Part shown: positions 50,578 to 60,473 of the stretch, in pieces
How the letters are laid out: every line of letters begins with the position of its first letter
Position numbering within the stretch: the stretch's first letter is position 1
Assembly (NCBI GenBank): GCA_963762255.1
Contig: CAVXKA010000002.1
Location: 224,001 to 288,000 of the forward strand
Direction of reading: 5' to 3'
Length of the DNA stretch: 64,000 nucleotides
From: Candidatus Eiseniibacteriota bacterium
GTDB taxonomy: Bacteria; Eisenbacteria; RBG-16-71-46; JABDJR01
The notes under the pieces: generated by a model
What the model was told of the DNA's origin: nothing
Databases searched by the model: none
What the model saw: the letters and a program-made list of their open reading frames with translations, nothing else
Program-made: the position numbers and the translations under genes

Positions 50578-51378
50578 ATGAACAAGCCGACGCTCACCGT
50601 CGTCATTCCCACGAAAGACGAGAAGGGAACCATCGAGCCGGCGGTCCTACGTATGCCGGATTTCGGCGTGGAGACCGAACTCCTCTTCGTGGACGGGAAC
50701 TCCCGGGACGGCACGCCGGAGGAACTCGAGCGCGTCCGCGCCGCCTACCCGCACAAGCGCATCAACTGGTTCACACAGGAGGGAAAAGGAAAGCGCGTCG
50801 CGGTCTGGCAGGGTTTCGAGCGCGCGTGGGGAGACGTGCTCATCATTCTCGACGGCGACATCACGGTGCCGCCGGAGGAGCTGCCGGCGGTGTACGAACA
50901 CCTTACCGGGGGCCCGCATATCTTCGTGAACGCCACGCGCTTTCGCCGCCGCATGGAGAAGGGGGCGATGCAGGCTCCGAACTTCGCGGCCAACGTGTGC
51001 TTCTCGGTCCTGGTCAGCATCATCGTCGGCAGGCGGTTCACCGACACGCTCTGCGGCACCAAGGGCATCTGGAAGTCGACCTTCCTCGCACTGCGCGACC
51101 GCGCGCTTCTGTCCGGTATCGATCGCTACGGTGACCACGAACTCATTCTTGGAGCGTGGGATCTCGGCTGCCGGTTCGTGGAGGTCCCCGTTCACTACAA
51201 GGCGCGGCTCTACGGCGAGGCCAAGATCGCCAACCAGAAGTTTTCCGGCGGGACCGCGTTCTTGAAGCTCGATCTCCTCGCGCTCAAGCGTCGGTGTTTC
51301 GGCCCGCGCGGTCCGTGGATGTTCGACGCGCGCGGCGATCAGGTGCGGGCGACGCGCAATCCCAACGAGTCCGCGTAG
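50578..51378 (+). CDS. GT2 family glycosyltransferase
   Basis: VVIP-x-x-DE, VDGNS-x-DGT, GK, LDGD, DTLCGTK. Confidence 0.88.
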   Translation: MNKPTLTVVIPTKDEKGTIEPAVLRMPDFGVETELLFVDGNSRDGTPEELERVRAAYPHKRINWFTQEGKGKRVAVWQGFERAWGDVLIILDGDITVPPEELPAVYEHLTGGPHIFVNATRFRRRMEKGAMQAPNFAANVCFSVLVSIIVGRRFTDTLCGTKGIWKSTFLALRDRALLSGIDRYGDHELILGAWDLGCRFVEVPVHYKARLYGEAKIANQKFSGGTAFLKLDLLALKRRCFGPRGPWMFDARGDQVRATRNPNESA

Positions 51379-52562
51379 CGCGCGAGCGCGGTCCGCGAGG
51401 CCTCGGCGTCTGCCGGCACAGGTCTCCCCCGCTCCCGCCGCTCGACATGGAGCGCGACGACGCGCAACTTCCCCGCCCTGCGTTCCGCTTTGAGGTCCGC
51501 GCGCGCCACGAGCCGCTCGCCGGCCAGGATGGGTAGGCAGTAGTAGCCGTAGCGGCGCTGCGGCGCGGGCTTGAACACCTCCAGCACCTGGTCGAATCCG
51601 AAGAGTCGCTGAACGCGGCGCCGATCCCAGAGCACGGGATCGAAGGGCGAGAGGAGGACTCCGCGATCGGCGCGGGGACGCACGGCATGGAGTCGCGCGG
51701 CCAGATCCAGGTCCGCGGGACGGATCCAGCCGCGCACACGGCGCGCGCCGTCGATCAGATCGCAGCGCCGGATGCTCCCCTCCTCCTCCAACTCGGCGAG
51801 TGCTCGGGTCAGGTCCTCGCGCATGTTGCGCAGCCGCCAGGTGGCGGCCAGCGTCCCCGTTTCGGCCCAGCCGTGTCCGTCCAGCGCGCGCAGGAGGAGC
51901 GTCCTCAGCGCGTCGCTGCGCGGCACCGCGACGCTGCGATGCGTCTGCGGGATGACGCGCTCGGCGAGATCGTACACGCGAAGGAAGCTTCGCCGCTCGC
52001 GCACCGCGAGATCGCCCGACGACCAGAGCGCAGCCAGGATTCGCTTGGCCGGTCGAAGCCCCCACCAGGGGCCGTGATCCCGCCCCTCCGTGTCGCTGCT
52101 TTGAATGGGGCCCTCATCGGTGATCTTCTTGAGGATGTCGCGCGCGAGATCCTCGTGACCGCCGATCACGTCCCCCCACCACGGGTGGTGCCGGAATGCT
52201 TCCCGACGAAACGCGAAGGTCGGGTAGAGATCGAGCGGCATCCAGCTCGCCTCATGCCCCCAGTACTCGAAGAGAGGTTCGCCGGGGCGCAGCAGCGCTT
52301 CGCCGAGCGGCGCGTGGAACCCGCGGAGGCGCGAGAGCAGCACGATCGCGTGACTGCGGGCGCCCGCCACCGAGACGCTGTCGAGTTGGAGATAGCCGAA
52401 GCGCGCGATCACCGCGGCGGCGGAAGCGCGGGCTTGTTGCTCGCCGCGCCCGGCGCCGGCTGGCAGGCCGGTCCACTCGGGCTTGAGCAGACCGGCGCGG
52501 GCCAGCGCGAGGCGCCTCGCCGCGGCCGTGTCCAGAGTCGGAACGGAAACGGCCGACTTCAT
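51339..52562 (-). CDS. ycaQ: YcaQ/AlkZ-family (HTH_42) crosslink-repair DNA glycosylase
   Basis: LQLD (QxD) motif, EYWGHEAS, LLSPFDP..DR, R-x-YGYYCLP. Confidence 0.85.
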   Translation of the reverse strand: MKSAVSVPTLDTAAARRLALARAGLLKPEWTGLPAGAGRGEQQARASAAAVIARFGYLQLDSVSVAGARSHAIVLLSRLRGFHAPLGEALLRPGEPLFEYWGHEASWMPLDLYPTFAFRREAFRHHPWWGDVIGGHEDLARDILKKITDEGPIQSSDTEGRDHGPWWGLRPAKRILAALWSSGDLAVRERRSFLRVYDLAERVIPQTHRSVAVPRSDALRTLLLRALDGHGWAETGTLAATWRLRNMREDLTRALAELEEEGSIRRCDLIDGARRVRGWIRPADLDLAARLHAVRPRADRGVLLSPFDPVLWDRRRVQRLFGFDQVLEVFKPAPQRRYGYYCLPILAGERLVARADLKAERRAGKLRVVALHVERRERGRPVPADAEASRTALARYADSLGLRVART

Positions 52563-53080
52563 TCCGACGCGTAGTCGACCAGCGCCACGATCTTGTGCCC
52601 GGCCAGGGGCTTCCTTCCGCTGAGAAACGAAAGCTCGATCACGAAGGCGAGGCCGACGACGGTGGCACCCGATCGCTCCACCAGGCGCGCTGCCGCCGCC
52701 GCGGTCCCGCCGGTGGCGAGCAGGTCGTCCACGATGAGCACGCGGTCGCCCGGACCCACCGCATCGGCGTGGATCTCCAGCACCGCTTCGCCGTACTCGA
52801 GGGCGTAGCTTTCCGCGATGCGCTCGGCGGGGAGCTTGCCCGCCTTGCGCGCGGGCACGAACCCCACTCCCAGGCGCCGCGCCACCGAGGCCCCAAAGAT
52901 GAAGCCGCGGCTCTCGATCCCCAGCACCGCGGTCACCCCGTCGTCGAGGAACGCCTGGACGAGGCGATCCTCCACGTCGGCGAAAGCGCGCGCGTCCCGC
53001 AGGAGCGGGGTGATGTCGCGAAAGACGATTCCAGGCTTGGGAAATCCGGGCACGTCGCGGATGCGCTTCTTCAGGTCCAT
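52559..53080 (-). CDS. apt: Adenine phosphoribosyltransferase
   Basis: [38 protein letters not shown]. Confidence 0.97.
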   Translation of the reverse strand: MDLKKRIRDVPGFPKPGIVFRDITPLLRDARAFADVEDRLVQAFLDDGVTAVLGIESRGFIFGASVARRLGVGFVPARKAGKLPAERIAESYALEYGEAVLEIHADAVGPGDRVLIVDDLLATGGTAAAAARLVERSGATVVGLAFVIELSFLSGRKPLAGHKIVALVDYASE

Positions 53081-54132
53081 CCCTGTCCCTCCTCGGTGAT
53101 CTCGATCCAGTGCTTGAGACGCTCGAGCGCGCGCTTCTCGATCTGGCGAATGCGCTCGCGGCTCACCCCCAGCCGTCCGCCGACATCGGCCAATGAACGG
53201 GATTCGCCGTCCTCGAATCCGTAGCGGATGCGCAGCACCAGCTCCTCGCGCGGGGAGAGCCGGACGAGCAACCGGTTCAGCCGTTCGCGCTCGAGGAGCT
53301 GATCCACCATCTGCTCGAGACCGGGAACGGGATCGACCAGCTCAGTCTCGGCGAGCGCCCCCATCGCGTCCCAGGAACTCTCGTAGTCCAGATTCTTGAT
53401 GCTGTTGATGAGGTGGCGCACCTTGCGCAGCCGCTTGAGCGGCTCGCCCAGCTCCTTCGCCAACTCCTCCAGCGTGGGCGGCTCGCCCATGCGCTGACGC
53501 AGCCGGGCTTCGACGGCAAGGCAGCGGTTCACGAGCTGCATGACGTGGAACGGAATACGCACGGTGCGCACCTGGTTGGCGATGCCCCTCGCCATGGCCT
53601 GCTTGATCCACCAGGAGCCGTACGTCGAGAAGCGAAAGCCGCGCTTGTAATCGAACCGGTCGACGGCGGCGATGAGCCCCAGGTTTCCCTCCTCGATGAG
53701 ATCGAGGAACGGGAGGCCGCGCCCGACGTAGCTCTGCGCGATCCGTATCACGAGACGCAGGTTCGACACGATGAGATGCCGGCGCGCCTCTTCACGATTG
53801 TGGGGCGTGGTCCCTTCGACCATCTCGCGGCCGAAGCGCTGCTCTTCCTCGGCGGTCAGGAGCGGGTAGCGGCTCACGTCGCGCAGGTACACCTGAAGGG
53901 AGTCGAGATGCCCCGGCTCTTCCTGCGCCGGCGCCGGCGCCTCCTCCGGTTCCGCCTCCACCTCCAGGCCGAGTTCGTGCGTCATGTCGAGAAACAGGTC
54001 GAAAGCGGTCTCGTCGAAGTCCGTCGCCTCCAGGAGCCCGTCCAGATCTGCTTGGGCGAGCCGGCCGCGGCGCTTGCCGGATTCGAGGATCCGGTTCATC
54101 CGTGCGCCGAAGCTCTCCTGCTCCCCGCTCAT
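53071..54132 (-). CDS. Sigma70-family RNA polymerase sigma factor (RpoD/RpoS-like, group 2)
   Basis: [43 protein letters not shown]; surE-pcm...apt context. Confidence 0.9.
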   Translation of the reverse strand: MSGEQESFGARMNRILESGKRRGRLAQADLDGLLEATDFDETAFDLFLDMTHELGLEVEAEPEEAPAPAQEEPGHLDSLQVYLRDVSRYPLLTAEEEQRFGREMVEGTTPHNREEARRHLIVSNLRLVIRIAQSYVGRGLPFLDLIEEGNLGLIAAVDRFDYKRGFRFSTYGSWWIKQAMARGIANQVRTVRIPFHVMQLVNRCLAVEARLRQRMGEPPTLEELAKELGEPLKRLRKVRHLINSIKNLDYESSWDAMGALAETELVDPVPGLEQMVDQLLERERLNRLLVRLSPREELVLRIRYGFEDGESRSLADVGGRLGVSRERIRQIEKRALERLKHWIEITEEGQGWT

Positions 54133-54144
54133 TCCTCGATCTCC

Positions 54145-54426
54145 TCAGCCGGCGATCGAAAACGAGGGAGGATGGTCGGGCTCGGGCACGAGCCACGCCA
54201 CATCGACTCGGTCGACGCGCGCGGTGCCCGGACCGTGATGCAGCCAGACGAGGAGCTCATGGAGGCCCTCGGGGGGGCCGTCGGCGAGAACCTCCACGGT
54301 GCCGTCGGGGAGGTTTCGTACCCAGCCGCAAAGGCCCAGGCGCACCGCCTCATCCTGCGTGGAAGCGCGGAAGAAGACGCCGTGGACACGACCGTGAACG
54401 ATGGCGTGGAGAGTCTTTCGGTCCAT
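54145..54426 (-). CDS. acyP: Acylphosphatase
   Basis: [26 protein letters not shown]. Confidence 0.9.
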   Translation of the reverse strand: MDRKTLHAIVHGRVHGVFFRASTQDEAVRLGLCGWVRNLPDGTVEVLADGPPEGLHELLVWLHHGPGTARVDRVDVAWLVPEPDHPPSFSIAG

Positions 54427-54494
54427 GGGGAACTGGGGCCGCCGAGGGCGGGCCAGGAATCAGACGTTCCGACACCGCCTCCGTGGGTCAAGAA

Positions 54495-54571
<77 letters not shown>

Positions 54572-54678
54572 ACCTAATTTCAGACGGCCCGACGCAACCG
54601 CGCCGGGCACAAGGGCGCTTCACTATAGGGATCGCCGACCCATCGCGCAAGCACCTTCGTGCGGCAGGCCGCGCCACA

Positions 54679-55344
54679 TCACGACGTCTCCTCGGCGAAC
54701 CCCCCGCGCCCGATGAGCGGCACGAAGACGCAGCGGCAGAGCGCCTCTTCGTGGAGCGACTCCTCCGCGTCGCGCGTGTAGCGCATGAGGGTCTGCTCCG
54801 CGCGATCCCCCACCGGGGCCACGAGCCTCCCCTCCGGCGCGAGCTGTTCGAACAGGGCCGGCGCAATCGAGGGCGCGGCGGCGGTCACGAGAATGCGGTC
54901 GTAGGGAGCGGTCTCCTTGAAACCCAGGCTGCCGTCCGCGACCTTGACCACGATTCCGGTGAGCCCCAGCTCGACGAAGAGCTGCTGGGCCCGGCGCGCA
55001 AGCTCCGGGACGCGCTCCAGGGTGATCACCCGCGCTCCCAATCGAGCCAGCACCGCGGCCTGATAGCCGGAGCCGGTGCCGATCTCCAGCACCTTCTCGC
55101 CGCCGGCCAGCCCGAGCGCCTCGGTCATGAGCGCCACCATGTGCGGCGCGGAGATGGTCTGACCGCAGCCGATGGGGAGCGCGAGGCTCGAGTACGCCTC
55201 ACCTTCCAGCGCCTGGGGAAGGAAGAGATGGCGCGGCACCGCGCGCATGGCCTCCAGCACCCGAGGGTCTTTCACACCGCGGGCCAGGATCTCGCTCTCC
55301 ACCATGCGATCCCGCGCCTGCGGAAAGTCGCGGCGATCGGTCAC
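54679..55344 (-). CDS. pcm: Protein-L-isoaspartate O-methyltransferase
   Basis: [35 protein letters not shown]; GTG start 55344. Confidence 0.95.
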   Translation of the reverse strand: MTDRRDFPQARDRMVESEILARGVKDPRVLEAMRAVPRHLFLPQALEGEAYSSLALPIGCGQTISAPHMVALMTEALGLAGGEKVLEIGTGSGYQAAVLARLGARVITLERVPELARRAQQLFVELGLTGIVVKVADGSLGFKETAPYDRILVTAAAPSIAPALFEQLAPEGRLVAPVGDRAEQTLMRYTRDAEESLHEEALCRCVFVPLIGRGGFAEETS

Positions 55345-56093
55345 GGGATGCGGATGTCCAGACCGCGTAGGAAGTCGAAACCGGCGGCGGCGGTGATGTC
55401 CAGAAGAAGCGGCGTGAGGGAGACGTAGCCTTCCTCCACCGCGGCGAAGTCGGTGTCCGCTCCGGGCTCCCAACTCGGCTTGGCCCCGCCGATCCAGTAG
55501 TAGGCGCGACCGCGCGGATCGGTCTTCTTGACGATGGCGTCGTTGTAGACGCGCGTGCCGAGGCGCGTGACGCGCACGCCGCGGATTTCCTCGAGCGGAA
55601 GCGGCGGGATGTTCATGTTGACCAGAAAGCGGGCCGGAGGCCCCGCCGCCAGCATCGCCTCTGCGGTGGCGCGCGCGATGGCGGCCGCGGGAGCGAAGTC
55701 GAAGACCTCCCAGGAGGCGAGGCTCACCGCGATCGAAGGAACACCCAGAATCGCCCCCTCCATGGCCGCAGCCACGGTGCCGGAGTAGATCACGTCCTCG
55801 CCCATGTTCGGACCCTGGTTGACGCCGCTCACGACCAGATCGGGGCGGTGCGGAAGGAACTCGCGCACCGCGAGGAGCACGCAGTCGGTCGGTGTCCCCT
55901 CCACCGCATAGGTGCGCGGTCCCATCTCCTTCACCCGCAGCGGACGGTAGAGGGTGAGCGAGTGCGAGGTGGCACTCTGTTCGGTGAGGGGGGCCATGAT
56001 CGAGACTTCACCGAGAGCGCTCAAGCTCTCGGCCAGAGCCCGGATGCCCGGCGCGTGGATCCCGTCGTCGTTGCTGATGAGAATGCGCTTCAT
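55341..56093 (-). CDS. surE: 5'/3'-nucleotidase SurE
   Basis: ILISNDDG, GTPTDCV, SGVN-x-G-x-N, YSGTVAAA-x-EG; ATG 56093. Confidence 0.95.
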   Translation of the reverse strand: MKRILISNDDGIHAPGIRALAESLSALGEVSIMAPLTEQSATSHSLTLYRPLRVKEMGPRTYAVEGTPTDCVLLAVREFLPHRPDLVVSGVNQGPNMGEDVIYSGTVAAAMEGAILGVPSIAVSLASWEVFDFAPAAAIARATAEAMLAAGPPARFLVNMNIPPLPLEEIRGVRVTRLGTRVYNDAIVKKTDPRGRAYYWIGGAKPSWEPGADTDFAAVEEGYVSLTPLLLDITAAAGFDFLRGLDIRIP

Positions 56094-56782
56094 CGCTCTC
56101 CGTTGCGCGCCTCGGCGATCCAGCGCAGGCCGCGCCACACCAGGCGTATGAACCGTCCGGTGTCGCGCAGCGGCCGGATCTTGCTCACCTCGTTGCCGTA
56201 AATCGTCGGCACCGGGATCTCGGCGATACGAAATCCCCGCCGCGCCGCCTTGATCAGAATCTCGGACTCGGCGTCGAAACGCTGCGACTCGAGGCGCACC
56301 GCGCGCAGCACGTCGCTCGAGATCCAGCGAAAGCCGGACTGGCTGTCGGTCAGGCGCGTCCCCGCGAGGCGGCTCACCACCACCGACGTGAACCGGTTCA
56401 CCCCCACGCGAAGCCACGGCATGGACCCCGGTTCGCTCATGCGCGAGCCCACGACGATGTCGGCGCCCTCGGCCGCGTCCAGGAACCGTGGGATCCAGGC
56501 CGGGTCGTGCTGGCCGTCCGCGTCGAGGGTGATCACCCCCTCCGCGCCCTCGGCGAGCGCGGCGGCGAACCCGGTAGCCAGGGCCGCTCCCTTGCCGCGG
56601 TTGGCGGGATGATCGATCACCCGCGCTCCCGAGGCCCCTGCGCGCTCCGGGGCGCCGTCCGTGGATCCGTCGTTGACGACAAACACCCGGTCGTCACCCA
56701 GGATCTCGGCGACCCGCCGGGCCACCCCGACGAGCGGCTCCCCAGCGTTGAAGGCGGGGATGACCGCCCAAGTCCGCTTCAG
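56090..56782 (-). CDS. GT2 glycosyltransferase (DPM-synthase-like), probable CTG start
   Basis: [32 protein letters not shown]; GGAGGAGG 6 nt before CTG at 56782. Confidence 0.85.
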   Translation of the reverse strand: MKRTWAVIPAFNAGEPLVGVARRVAEILGDDRVFVVNDGSTDGAPERAGASGARVIDHPANRGKGAALATGFAAALAEGAEGVITLDADGQHDPAWIPRFLDAAEGADIVVGSRMSEPGSMPWLRVGVNRFTSVVVSRLAGTRLTDSQSGFRWISSDVLRAVRLESQRFDAESEILIKAARRGFRIAEIPVPTIYGNEVSKIRPLRDTGRFIRLVWRGLRWIAEARNGER

Positions 56783-56850
56783 GGTGCCCTCCTCCTCCGG
56801 CCAGCGCCCGGAAACCGGGTGCGGCGAGGATGGCGGTGCGAGCTACGAAA

Positions 56851-56927
56851 TGGTCGGGGCGACTGGATTTGAACCAGCGACCACTTGCACCCCAAGCAAG
56901 TGCGCTACCAGGCTGCGCCACGCCCCG
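56851..56927 (-). tRNA. tRNA-Pro(GGG)
   Basis: CGGGGCGTGGCGCAGCCTGG...CTTGC-TT-GGG-GT-GCAAG...CCA; follows the MerR-like gene. Confidence 0.95.
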
Positions 56928-56978
56928 ACCGTAAGCCGTGTTTGGGGTCGGAAGACTATACACGAGCGCTTGAAACGC

Positions 56979-57359
56979 CTACAAGCCCCCGCGCCCTCCG
57001 GGTGGACGCTTCAAGTCCTCGACGAGCGCGCGCAACTCGCGGCGCACTTCCAGAAGCGCGGCGGCGCGGTCCACCGAATCGAAGGTCAGCTCGAGCTGGC
57101 TCTGGATCGCCTCCCGTTCCTCGGTCAGCTTCTTCTTCGCCCCCGCGATGGTCAGTCCTTCGTCGTAGAGCATCTCCTTGATCACCAGCACCAGCTTCAA
57201 GTCGCGCTTCTGATACATGCGGTTCCCCGCCTTGTTCTTGCGCGGCCGCAGCATCTTGAACTGCGTTTCCCAGTAGCGGAGCACATGCGGCTTCACCTTG
57301 GTGAGCGAAGCCGCCTCGCTGATCGAGTAGTACTTCTTGCCGTCGGTCTTGGCCTTCAT
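56979..57359 (-). CDS. MerR-family transcriptional regulator
   Basis: YYSISE..VKPHVLRYWETQF..P-x-K..GNR-x-Y..GLTIAGA. Confidence 0.9.
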   Translation of the reverse strand: MKAKTDGKKYYSISEAASLTKVKPHVLRYWETQFKMLRPRKNKAGNRMYQKRDLKLVLVIKEMLYDEGLTIAGAKKKLTEEREAIQSQLELTFDSVDRAAALLEVRRELRALVEDLKRPPGGRGGL

Positions 57360-58375
57360 GCTCCCCCCTCGTCCGCGCGCGCGGCCGGGGCCTCGGACTT
57401 GGGCTCCCGCATCATCAGCGCGCGGATCGCTTCTCGCGGATCCTCCCCCTCGAAGAGCACCGCATGCACGCGATCTACGATGGGCGCCTCCACGCCTGTC
57501 CGCCGCGCCAGCGTCTTCGCCGCGCGGGTGGTGGGCACCCCTTCCGCCACCATGGTCATGGCGGCAAGCACGTCGTCGAGGCGCTCTCCGCGCCCCACGG
57601 CTTCTCCCACATGCCGGTTCCGGCTGTGGCGACTCACGCTCGTGGTGACCATGTCGCCGACGCCGGCCAACCCGAAAAACGTTTCGGGGCGCGCACCGAG
57701 CGCGACTCCCATGCGGGTCATCTCGGCGAGGCCCCGCGTCACCAAGGCCCCCAGCGTGTTGTCGCCGAACCCCAGGCCCGCCGAGATGCCGGCGGCGATG
57801 GCGATCACGTTCTTGAGCGCCACCGCGAGCTCCACGCCGAGCGCGTCGTCGTTGGTGTAGACGCGCAGGCGCTCGCTGGCAAAGAGCGCCTGGGTGAACT
57901 CCGCCGCGGCGCGGTCGCGGGAGGCGGCCACTACCGCGGTGGGATAGCCCAGCGCCACTTCCTCCGCGTGGCTCGGCCCCACGAGCGACACCGTCGCGCG
58001 TTCCGGCCCCAATTCCTCCGCCAGCACTTGCAGCGGGAGCTTCTCGGTGCCCACTTCCAATCCCTTGGCCACGTTCACCACCGGACCCGGTGGAAGGAGC
58101 GCAGCGATCTCGCGCGCGACGATGCGCACGGCGAAGCTTGGTACCGCCATCACGGTCACGTCGGCACCCGCCACCGCGGATGCGGGGGTCTCGACCACGC
58201 GCACGCGGTCGGGGATCGCGAGACCGGGCAAGAGGCGGCGGTTCTCACGATCGCGCGCGATCGCGACGCGGTCCTCGGCTTCGAGCGTCCATGCCGCGAC
58301 ATGGTGGCCGCCCCGGCCCAGATGCGCCGCGAGCGCGGTGCCCCAGGATCCCAGCCCGAGGAGTCCGACGTTCAC
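57356..58375 (-). CDS. gpsA: NAD(P)H-dependent glycerol-3-phosphate dehydrogenase
   Basis: GLGSWGTALA, KGLE, GPSHAEEV, KNVIAIAAG, GLAGVGD..T..SRN, EGV; GTG start 58375. Confidence 0.95.
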   Translation of the reverse strand: MNVGLLGLGSWGTALAAHLGRGGHHVAAWTLEAEDRVAIARDRENRRLLPGLAIPDRVRVVETPASAVAGADVTVMAVPSFAVRIVAREIAALLPPGPVVNVAKGLEVGTEKLPLQVLAEELGPERATVSLVGPSHAEEVALGYPTAVVAASRDRAAAEFTQALFASERLRVYTNDDALGVELAVALKNVIAIAAGISAGLGFGDNTLGALVTRGLAEMTRMGVALGARPETFFGLAGVGDMVTTSVSRHSRNRHVGEAVGRGERLDDVLAAMTMVAEGVPTTRAAKTLARRTGVEAPIVDRVHAVLFEGEDPREAIRALMMREPKSEAPAARADEGGA

Positions 58376-59148
58376 CGCTTGCCTCCGAGTGGAGGTGCGG
58401 TGTCCGGTGTGGGCGCAGTCTCCTGTGAAGGCGCAGCGCCGGTCTGCGGATTCTCTTTGCGCTTGTCCCAGATCGGCTGCTCGCGTCCCTCGGCCACCCG
58501 CTTCCAGTTCACGCGATGCCGAACCAGCACGAGCGCGGTGGTGAGGAGCGCGAGCCCGAGCACCCATGGATAGCGCGGCCCGAGCTGGTCGCGGGTCATC
58601 ACCACGAACACCGGCAGGAAGATCGCTGCGATGCCCGACGACACCGACACCCAGCCGGTGAAGGCCATGGAGGCCGCCCACACGAGAAACGCACAGAGCG
58701 CGGTCAAGGGGGCGAGGCCGATGAAGATGCCGAGGCCCGTCGCCACGCCCTTGCCGCCGCGGAAACCCGCGAAGGGGGTGAACATGTGCCCGGCCACCGC
58801 GAGAAGCCCGGCGGCGGCGGGGAGCGCGCCCGCGGCGATTCCCGTTGCGACGGCCGTCGCTCCTACGGCGGTCGCTCCCGCGCCCGTCGCTCCCACGGCG
58901 ATCTCTCCCGCGACCGGAGCGGAAACGAGGGCTCGCGCGAAGAGCACCGCCGCCGTCCCCTTGGCGATGTCCAGAAGCAGCACGCCCACGCCCCACTTCC
59001 ATCCCAGCACGCGATAGACGTTCGTCGCGCCGAGGTTTCCGCTTCCGTGCTGCCGAAGATCCAGGCCGTGGGCCTTCCCCACCCACAGGCTCCATGGAAT
59101 CGAGCCCAACGAGAAACCGACGACGAGGGCGGCGACGGCGACGATCAT
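58372..59148 (-). CDS. plsY: Acyl-phosphate:glycerol-3-phosphate acyltransferase
   Basis: GSIP, GSGNLGATNV-x-R, DIAKG, GH..F-x-GGKGVAT, RH-x-x-N; ATG 59148. Confidence 0.93.
   Translation of the reverse strand: MIVAVAALVVGFSLGSIPWSLWVGKAHGLDLRQHGSGNLGATNVYRVLGWKWGVGVLLLDIAKGTAAVLFARALVSAPVAGEIAVGATGAGATAVGATAVATGIAAGALPAAAGLLAVAGHMFTPFAGFRGGKGVATGLGIFIGLAPLTALCAFLVWAASMAFTGWVSVSSGIAAIFLPVFVVMTRDQLGPRYPWVLGLALLTTALVLVRHRVNWKRVAEGREQPIWDKRKENPQTGAAPSQETAPTPDTAPPLGGKR
58852..58911 (-). repeat. 4 x 15-bp degenerate tandem repeat inside plsY
   Basis: gcgggagagatcgcc / gtgggagcgacgggc / gcgggagcgaccgcc / gtaggagcgacggcc (AGEIA-VGATG-AGATA-VGATA). Confidence 0.7.
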
Positions 59149-60473
59149 CGCCGCCTCGCGCGGAAGTCGAGCCGGAGCGGGGTGGCGGTCATCTCCAATC
59201 GCTCGCGGAAGTGATTGCGCAGGTAACTGCGGTACGACTCGGGAATCTCGTCGGGGTTGTTGGCGAAGATCGCGAAGATGGGAGGGCCGGTCGTCACCTG
59301 AGTGGCGTAGTAGAGCTTGAGCGGCTTTCCCCTCCGGGTCACCGGCGGCTGCCGGCGGTCCGTCGCTTCCTTGAGCAGCTCGTTCAGCACGCTGGTCGCC
59401 ACCTGCTTGTTTCGCTCCTCGTAGAGCGTGCGCACCATCGCGGGGATCTGGCTCACCCGCTGCCCGGTGAGCGCGGAGACGAAGAGCACGGGCGTGCCGG
59501 GAAGCATGGGGAACGCCTCCTGGATCGTGCGCGTGTAGGCGGCGGCGGTGCCGGTGAGCTTGGTCACGAGATCCCACTTGTTGGCGAGCAGGACGGCGGA
59601 CTTCCCCGCTTCGAGGATCATCAGCGCGATGTGGGAATCCTGGGTGGTGATGGGCTCGCTCATGTCGAGAACGAGGAGGGCCACGTCGCATCGCTTGAGG
59701 CTTCGCTGCGTGCGCACGGTCGAGTAGTACTCCACGCCGTCGCTCACCTTGCTCCGCCGCCGGAGTCCGGCGGTGTCCACAAGCACGAACTCGGTGCCGT
59801 CGTAGCGGAAGGGCACGTCGATGGCGTCGCGCGTGGTCCCCGCAACGGGGTGAACGATCATGCGCTCTTCACCGAGAAGGCGGTTGGCGATACTCGATTT
59901 GCCGACGTTGGGCCGCCCGAGAAGCGCGACGTGGATGGGAGGCGTCTCGTCCTCCCTGAGCATGCGCTTGGGGAGGCGCTCGATAATGGCGTCGAGCAGT
60001 TCCCCGATCCCCCGCCCGTGCTGGCCGGAGATCTGCATGGCCTCGCCCAGTCCGAGTTCAGTCGCTTCCCCGGCAAGCTCCTCCTGCCGCGGGCTCTCCA
60101 CCTTGTTGGCCACCAACAGTACCTTCGCGGAGCGCGGGCGGAGCTCCTCGGCGATGTCGCGATCGAGCGACGTAAGACCCTCGCGGACGTCCACGAGGAA
60201 GAGGATCACGTCGGCTTCTTCGAGCGCGAGGTGGGCCTGGGTGAGGATCGCCGCTTCCATCGAATCCTCGGTGCCGGGGACGAGTCCGCCGGTGTCGACG
60301 ATCCGGAACGGCACGCCGTTCCACGCGCAATCCGCCTCACGGCGATCGCGGGTCACGCCGGGGAGATCGTCCACCACCGCCTCGGCGCGGCCGATCGCGC
60401 GGTTGAAGAACGTCGACTTGCCGACGTTGGGGCGGCCGACCACGGCCACCATCGGGAGACGCTGGCGCTTCAT
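59145..60473 (-). CDS. der: Ribosome biogenesis GTPase Der (EngA)
   Basis: Two GRPNVGKS P-loops, DTGG/DTAG, NKVE/NKWD, C-terminal KH-like domain. Confidence 0.97.
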   Translation of the reverse strand: MKRQRLPMVAVVGRPNVGKSTFFNRAIGRAEAVVDDLPGVTRDRREADCAWNGVPFRIVDTGGLVPGTEDSMEAAILTQAHLALEEADVILFLVDVREGLTSLDRDIAEELRPRSAKVLLVANKVESPRQEELAGEATELGLGEAMQISGQHGRGIGELLDAIIERLPKRMLREDETPPIHVALLGRPNVGKSSIANRLLGEERMIVHPVAGTTRDAIDVPFRYDGTEFVLVDTAGLRRRSKVSDGVEYYSTVRTQRSLKRCDVALLVLDMSEPITTQDSHIALMILEAGKSAVLLANKWDLVTKLTGTAAAYTRTIQEAFPMLPGTPVLFVSALTGQRVSQIPAMVRTLYEERNKQVATSVLNELLKEATDRRQPPVTRRGKPLKLYYATQVTTGPPIFAIFANNPDEIPESYRSYLRNHFRERLEMTATPLRLDFRARRR

